Below, piece after piece: positions 55,401 to 64,000 of a stretch of DNA of 64,000 nucleotides. Location of the stretch: NCBI RefSeq assembly GCF_009914755.1, contig NC_060942.1; one strand, written 5' to 3'. A program made the translations under genes and the position numbers. Under the pieces are notes generated by a model. That model made no database searches and had not been told where the DNA came from. It saw nothing but the letters and a program-made list of their open reading frames with translations. Source of the DNA: the human T2T-CHM13v2.0 reference genome, Homo sapiens. Position 1 is the stretch's first letter. Each line of letters begins with the position of its first letter.

Positions 55401-56563
55401 TGTTTCAATCTAATACATGTTTTTAGAGGAGCTTTAAATAAAACATTATAGGAGAACAAAATAATAGGTTGCTTCAGAGGAATGGGAATGAATAAAAGAG
55501 AGTTTTAGGAAAGGTATCAAAAAATTATGACATCTAGTATAAGCCTCATCATACTCTCATTTCCTTAGAAGAGTTTCATTATTGCTTACGTTTCTCACTT
55601 TCTTCCTTCTCTTATTCAAAGAAGGTATAAGCTGACATCTTACATTAAAATGAGGGTGAGCATTATAAAAAATAATAGACTATGGAATCTTTTAACTGGT
55701 ATAAAGTTCTTCATTTTTTATCAAACAGAAGTCATAATAAATTTAATATTTGCCTTTTTATTTTTTAATCTAAAGAAGGAATTTATACCAAGAGTACTTC
55801 AGTGCAAAGACTTCAATTCTGCAAAGGCAGTGCCTTTGGGTAAAGCAACTGTGCTTTTGAGAGGATCTGAATAATTATCACTAGCCTGGACTTCAGAGAC
55901 TGTGTTTTCTGAAAACAAAAACAAATAAAAATAAATAAAAAGGAAACATAGCAGAGTGCCTCCAAACTGCTGCTCAGCACATTTAGCCTGCTTACCTAGT
56001 AAAGCATTTCTTGGAACAAGCCCCCTATTGGTTTCATTTTAGAGAAGTACTTCTATTCACACTGGCATACCTTTGGTGATTGTTGGTTTAAGGGAAATTC
56101 AACAGAACAAGCAGGAAAAACTGCTCACAGTTCTGATTCCATATTTCTAAAGATAAGGGTGAATATTGAAGTTACAACATCTTTAGAAAGTCTATGATGT
56201 TCCTATAAAAATTGACATCTCTATCTTTCTTAAAATATTTCATTTAAGAAAATGCTTATTGATGTATTAAAATTGTTATAAAAATGTTATTTATATTCAA
56301 ATTTTATAATAAAAGCATGCAATTTATAGAAAATAGTATTTTTTCCTCAGTTGTGCCAGTTTTTTAATTTAGTTTTCAAATTAATTCTATTATTGCCTAA
56401 AGGACTAGATACTTTTTTGTTTTTATGCAGTTTCTCTATAGTTCTTCTTTAATATTCTCCTTTCTTGTTCCTGCTTCATTCCCCTTCCTTTTAGATACTC
56501 CATATTATTCTGATTACCTCCTACTTACCCACTGGGAAAAGAGGGATATCTCACCCTAAATAG

Positions 56564-56917
56564 TGTGAGATAGCCAAATATGTGACACCCAAAACTGGAC
56601 AGATAAGATTTGCAGCCGTTTATTAGTCACAGATCCTCACAGACTTGGGGAGGGGAACACTACACTCCATACAGGGTCACATTGGCAGGGTTATTTATTT
56701 AGAAATACAGTGAACCAGCAGGGGCTATGGTAGGCAGGCTTTGTAGTAACCAGAGGAATGGGGCAGCTAGTCCACCTGATAGTTGAGTGGATAACTTTTC
56801 CCAATGTTTGGGAATGATCTGGCAAGAGCAGGGAAACTCATGACTAGATGTCTATAGCTCCATGAAACCCAAAGCTGTCAAGGTAACACATGGAATGTTT
56901 AGGTCTGGTAATAAACA
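56564..56917 (-). mobile_element. ERVL-type LTR (MER74/MER88-like)
   Basis: tgtgacacccaaaactggacag...tttattagtcac...gcaggctttgtagtaac; TG..CA ends. Confidence 0.55.
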
Positions 56918-57005
56918 TATCTATCTAAATGTGTTCTTCAGCAGCCCATGGTCCCAAAGCACTGTACTTTCTAAAAGGAAGCCTTCCAAAGAATGCCTTA
57001 TGCTC

Positions 57006-57442
57006 TGTTAAATAAAACTTACTGGAAGCCTTTGTTTTGGACTGACTTTATGCACTTAATCCCAACAGACCAGACCAAGTCAGAATGGTGTCACTTGTGC
57101 TAGGTGTCATGTAATTAAACTGAACTTTAAGATGGACTAATTTTCTAAGAAACAGAAAATTTACAGAAGCCGATAGAAAGAAGCCCAGTGTACTCAAGCT
57201 GGCATGATAAGGAAGTTCCCTCTGTTGTAACTTTAAAAGGAAAGAAAGTTTGAAATACCAATTCGGTTTTTGTTCGTTGTTTCTGCTTTGCTCAGCCTTT
57301 TCTGTCTATAGGACTCAGCTCTTCTGCTCAGCTCATGAGAGTACCTGTTCTATTTCATAGATGTGGTGCTGCCCAGTTCATGAATCACTAATAAAAGTCA
57401 ATTAATCTTAAACTAAATTTGTTGAAATTTTGGTGTTTGACA
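57006..57442 (+). mobile_element. Solo ERV1 LTR (MER65/MER57-group-like)
   Basis: tgttaaataaaa...cccaacagaccagaccaa...AATAAA...tttgaca; 4-bp TSD GCTC/GGTC. Confidence 0.78.
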
Positions 57443-57600
57443 GGTCTGATATAAAAATTTCACCACTTATAAAACTAAATTCATTTTCACTTTTGGGAGA
57501 AAATGTATCAAATTAATTCTCATGGAGGTAGTCCTTGACTACTCTAACTGCACTATCCACAAGAAAACCACTCATGGTGCTTTAAAAATACACATATCCT

Positions 57601-60617
<3,017 letters not shown>

Positions 60618-60618
60618 T

Positions 60619-64000
<3,382 letters not shown>

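Overview
AT-rich primate (catarrhine-type: AluY/S/J and L1PA elements) genomic DNA, intergenic or deep-intronic. It consists mostly of interspersed repeats: a ~5.8 kb near-full-length but decayed LINE-1, three 5'-inverted LINE-1s, many older L1M/L2/MIR fragments, ~16 Alu/FLAM/FAM elements, ~15 LTRs and several DNA transposons (HSMAR2, MADE1, MER20, MER33, MER58). No intact cellular protein-coding gene, RNA gene or CRISPR array is supported; the supplied ORFs are L1/Alu-derived or chance. Signals that the ORF track misses: (1) a heavily deleted class I ERV provirus on the minus strand at the left edge, with LTR, PBS, splice donor, gag, integrase C-terminus and env CWIC remnants in the correct order; (2) a young inverted L1 with a perfect 14-bp TSD and a candidate micro 3' transduction; (3) three minus-strand candidate microexons (17, 9 and 19 nt) in unique DNA, which are speculative. 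I see no convincing novel biological system. Repeat subfamily names come from recalled consensus sequences, and the boundaries of old repeats are approximate.
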